Under the pieces are notes generated by a model. It worked only from the letters and a program-made list of their open reading frames with translations. It had not been told where the DNA came from and did no database searches. From Eledone cirrhosa (taxonomy: Eukaryota), in NCBI GenBank assembly GCA_964016885.1, contig OZ024747.1, forward strand, positions 16,740,001 through 16,804,000: DNA of 64,000 nucleotides, read 5' to 3'. Made by a program: the position numbers and the translations under genes. Position 1 is the first letter of the stretch, and the number at the start of each line of letters is the position of its first letter. This document shows positions 59,400 to 64,000 of this stretch, piece by piece.

Positions 59400-59672
59400 C
59401 ATAAAGATACACCTTTAGCTCCATACCCATCATTATTGGAGCTACGGGTTATATACCAACTCGCTTGGACCAATGTATAACTGAACTTGGATTTGCGGAC
59501 AAAGAGCGCAGCACCCTAATTCATAGTCTACAAATGGCTGCAATAGCTGGCACCTTCAAAATTTGCCAAATATTCTTGCGATTCAAGGGATGACAATTTC
59601 TTTTCTTTTACAACCTTGCCACCAGGAAGGTGGCCGGTCAAAAATATACTTGGAATTTAGAGAAAGAGGGAA
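59400..59672 (+). mobile_element. 3' end of an R4/Dong-like (RLE) non-LTR element in (CATA)n
   Basis: 59405-59593 reads RYTFSSIPIIIGATGYIPTRLDQCITELG..LQMAAIAGTFKICQIFLRFKG stop. CATA repeats on both sides. Confidence 0.7.
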
Positions 59673-59793
59673 CATACATACATATATATATATGTGTGTG
59701 TGCGTGTATGTGTGTGTATGTGTGTACGTGTGTACGTATATATATATATGTGCGTGTGTGTATGTAAGTGTGGGTGAGTGTGTGTGAGGGTCA

Positions 59794-59914
<121 letters not shown>

Positions 59915-60205
59915 GATGTATCAAACACATCTCTTTGAAATTTAAGTTGCTGAAATCGATACAAACACAAATTCGCCACAACAATGATAGCGTCTAGACC
60001 CGGTTGTAATGAAATTTAGGCACTACAAATTATTGTATGGATTTCTTAATTTTGACAAAAGATACTGTCAACTATACATTATGGAAGTGCGGAGCATTTT
60101 TTCCTTACCCTCGTGTATATATATATATATGTATATATATATATGGGCTGTATGTAAATCAGGGCAGTACTCAATGCAAGATGAAATGCTGAGTAGGTAT
60201 ATTAA

Positions 60206-60429
60206 CCCTTTAGTATTTAAACCGATCATATCCGACCAGGTTTCTCTCACCTCCTTCTGTTCAAACCGTCCATAATCACCCGCTCATACCAATGTTAAGG
60301 TATTGTTCTCAAAATAAATAATATCAAAATCTCGTGGATTCGATATTATGTGAGATAATTATGTATGATAAACATTTTACCACAAAAAAAAAACGATTAT
60401 AAATATAGAGTAATGTAAATGCTAGAGGG
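60206..60429. mobile_element. piggyBac-type MITE
   Basis: TTAA-ccctttagtattta ... taaatgctagaggg-TTAA; TIR 12/14 match; TTAA duplication. Confidence 0.75.
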
Positions 60430-60740
60430 TTAAAAAAATATAATTTGGTGTCCTCACAAACTGCATCGTGAGTTGTTTGGAATACTATTGCACGTACCAT
60501 ATATGTAATTCAAAAGTTCAGAGTAGCCACACCTCATGTCGGGCTGACTCATCTTGAGAATTATGCTCCGTAAAACCGATCACTGGGATATCTGTCACTT
60601 ACTCTTTAATTTCCCTAGCAAGGCGGAGTTGCAACGGTCAATCAACTGAATAACTCAAATTGGAAACCGGCAAAGTTACTTCTACATTCGTATTTCATTA
60701 CGAAAAGATCTTGATAATAATCATTATTTATATCTATAAG

Positions 60741-60930
60741 GGTGGTGGCTTGGCAGTATAGGTAGAGGGTCGGACGCCATGCTTTCCATTATAGTTACGT
60801 CCCTTTGCGGTCTGAGTTCAAATCCCACCGAGGTTAACTTTGCCTTTCATCCTTACGGGGTCGATAAAATAAAGTGCCAGTAATGCACTAGGTAATTGAT
60901 GGCCTTGTGCCAAAAGTAGAAACAATTATT
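60741..60930 (+). mobile_element. tRNA-derived SINE, full-length copy
   Basis: A-box-like tggcagtatagg, B box gagttcaaatcc, conserved body gttaactttgcctttcatccttacggggtcgataaaat, ATT tail. Confidence 0.88.
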
Positions 60931-62261
60931 TATATCTGAAATTGAAGCATGTTTTATGTGTACACTACCGTATTTTATCACAGCATGCAGATTTTTCCAA
61001 TGCTTTTAGAGAAAATATCATAATCCGAAAATAATTGAGAAAAGTAATTTTCTTATAAACTAAAACAAATACAGGATATTTAAATATATAATAAACAAAC
61101 ATGAATTATTAGAGTTTCTTTGAAAATTTGAGGATTTCTAAGAAAGAATGAAAAGAAGCGTATATTATGCTGTGAAAAAAGGACAACGAGCATGGTAAAT
61201 TTTTCAGCAGATCCTTGAATTGATATATAAATGTTGTATATAAATAAGTAAATAGAAATTGTGGAGATGCACGTCAAGCATATTCACTTCTGAGCAGTAA
61301 GCCAGTATAATCTATTCCTGTCATTTTCTTGAATGTTCTTGTTTTTTCACCTCTCTCTCCCCCTCTCTCTCTTTCTCTCTCTATCTCTCTCTTTTTTATA
61401 TATATATATCGTTTATATATATATGATATATATATATATATCGTTTATATATATATATATATATATGCGTATGTGTATGTGTGTGTTTGTGTTGGTGTGG
61501 ATGGGTGTGTGCGTGCGTTTAGGTATGTGTGTTTGTTTGCAAGACTAGAGGGCTGGCAACAATTAAAAAAGCAGAATGGAAATAAATACTCCAAGGTATT
61601 TGTCAGCTGTGACAATTCTGCAACGTTTTTCAAGAGTGTTAATAAGTAATTCATTGCCTGACTCAGTAAACAAAACATTCATTTAATTATTTATAAATAT
61701 TTTCAATTTCCCTCTTTCAGTTGAGTAATCGTGCATCGCACTAATTTTTCCTGATCACTGGAAATGTAATTATTGTAATATCATTTCAGATTTACTTTCT
61801 AAATTCCTTTATAAATTGTGCATTGTCTTATTAGATATAGATTCATTAGATTTTCTGTCAGAAACACTCATACATTTAAAAATACTAAACAAAAATTATT
61901 GCACATTCATTTATGAATATTTTCTAGCTATCAATTTAAATGTAATTATATTTCCCACTTCAATGTAAACTCAAGCATTAATATTGTCGAATTTACAATG
62001 ATTAAGTTACTAATTAACTTTCAGAATAACAATAACTTGTTATTTTTACGTAGGAAAGTGTTATCTTCATAATTTGAGATAGTTAATATGTCGTCTACGT
62101 TTATTGTCTACGTGTTGTGAAAATATTAATATAAATATAAATCGGGAATGCAATACTCTTTCTCTTAAATTCGTATATACACACATATGAAGACACACAC
62201 ACTCCCACACACATTTATATATATATATATGATATATTGGTGTATATATTATATATTGGTG

Positions 62262-62324
<63 letters not shown>

Positions 62325-62325
<1 letters not shown>

Positions 62326-62528
62326 ACAAAGAGGATGTGGTAAGATACCAGGTGGACCATAACGCACCAAAGTACTCAGTACTTAGGGTAGTAGAGTGGG
62401 TAATAGGAAAAGAGTCAGGGCCCCGACAGCTGGGCTCCAGCCGTTTCGACAACTAGATCCGAAGAGTTCGGATCTAGCTGTCGAATCGGCCGGAGCTCAG
62501 CCGACGGGTTCCTGACTCTTTTTCCTAT
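62325..62528. mobile_element. Hairpin element family A
   Basis: Same arms and tail in opposite orientation. Tail-only copies occur at 14507-14563 and 26679-26757. Confidence 0.8.
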
Positions 62529-62531
62529 ATA

Positions 62532-62575
<44 letters not shown>

Positions 62576-63273
62576 GCGGGGGTGTACGTGTGTGTGTATG
62601 TATATATATGAGCAGATCAGATTTTCAGTACTTTAAATATACTACTTTTCTGTTGAGAGTTAGTTAGTTGGCTTGTTTTGAGATATAGTGTAACCTCATC
62701 TGACTGTTTTGCACTACTGTGCATGCAGTTGCAACGTATTAAACTAATTAATCAATTCATAATCCATGACATGCAGTTAATGTTTACTGTTGGTTGGAAA
62801 TATTATAGTAGTCCAATCCATTAGCATATCAGATACATTTTGCTTTCCTGTAGCCGGCGTTTATAATGGAGTAATGTTTGTATTCTCAAACAGTTATATG
62901 TTCTGTAAGGAAACATAATTATTGCAAAACAACTCGTAAGAACTTCTACCTTTCGTAAATAAATATCGCAATTAAATCGAGATTATTGTATCAAGTTAGA
63001 GAGTCATTGTTAACCGTTCTGTGAAATCTTACATTTAATTATATTGTCACCCTTGGTGTTTCCACGGTTGAACACAATTTCACTTCAATTCACATTTATA
63101 AGACGTTATTCTAACTTATATCCAAGCAGATGTACTCAAGTATCAGCTGGTTCTTTTCCACTTCTACTGCACCTCCGATATATTCATGAAATTTAGTATT
63201 TATTATCACACATTTATATTAGTTGCATAGGTATTCTGAGAACGTTATACACACAGACACACACATGCATATA

Positions 63274-63380
<107 letters not shown>

Positions 63381-63394
63381 ACACACCCACCCAC

Positions 63395-63429
<35 letters not shown>

Positions 63430-63544
63430 GAGATGAATAAATTGAGTATAATACCCGTTTCTTACCAAATGCGAAGAAGCTTGATATATTAACCACTTAG
63501 GAAAGGACACAGAGCATAATTGTTTTTAAAATTATATATAGAGA

Positions 63545-63829
63545 GAGAGGCTGTGGAAGGTTTGTGTTTGTGTGTGTGTGTGGGGGGGGGGGGTATACGC
63601 CCCTCCAAAAATTATATTGTCTCCCCGAACTACGAAGACACACATCTATTTGGCTATGCTTTACAATTTTCTATTTGGCTATGCTTTACAATTTATCTTA
63701 CATGTTATCTTTATCGCATATGGAGGTTTTCTGACCATTTTAAAGTGCAAAGAAGTAAACTAATCACTACAACGAAACTGTCCAAATCCCTCCCCCACTA
63801 CCAATTCAAAAATGCTTCCGCCGCCTCTG
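63545..63829. mobile_element. Possible degenerate MITE
   Basis: agaggctgtggaag / cttccgccgcctct imperfect TIRs; internal 25-bp tandem duplication. Confidence 0.4.
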
Positions 63830-64000
63830 TATAAATGTGCGTGTATATATGAATTAATGGCCTATATGCGATAATATCCCTGTTGAGATGCTTCCATTGA
63901 GATATAGATGTAATCATATATCGACTCAGCAGTTAAATTTATATTGATAACTTAATAGGGCTTCCTGTTTTCCTACTGGGAATTCTCTCCATACATGTGT

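Noticed and set aside
60741-60830. tRNA gene
   Set aside because: The A/B boxes belong to a multi-copy SINE head; no cloverleaf.

Overview
AT-rich, microsatellite-dense eukaryotic DNA, probably from an octopod cephalopod (inferred from the SINE family), intronic or intergenic. No host protein-coding gene is supported, and most listed ORFs are translations of (TA)n/(CA)n/(GA)n. The main feature is a young Penelope-like retroelement (PLE; RT + CxCx5Cx5C + C-terminal GIY-YIG) inserted in (TA)n as a ~5.4 kb near-perfect palindrome (43282-48645) with a tail on one side only. At least six other sequence families in (TA)n show the same architecture: an inverted pair of 3' ends, with an extra tail on one arm only. 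Many carry type I hammerhead ribozyme motifs. Several motifs combine a minimal palindromic stem III with an unusually long stem II insert (about 60-115 nt). The window also holds 11 copies of one tRNA-derived SINE, 3' fragments of Tx1/L1, RTE and R4/Dong-like LINEs, a TTAA piggyBac-type MITE and an old ~7 kb inverted segmental duplication. All structures were read by eye, not computed.
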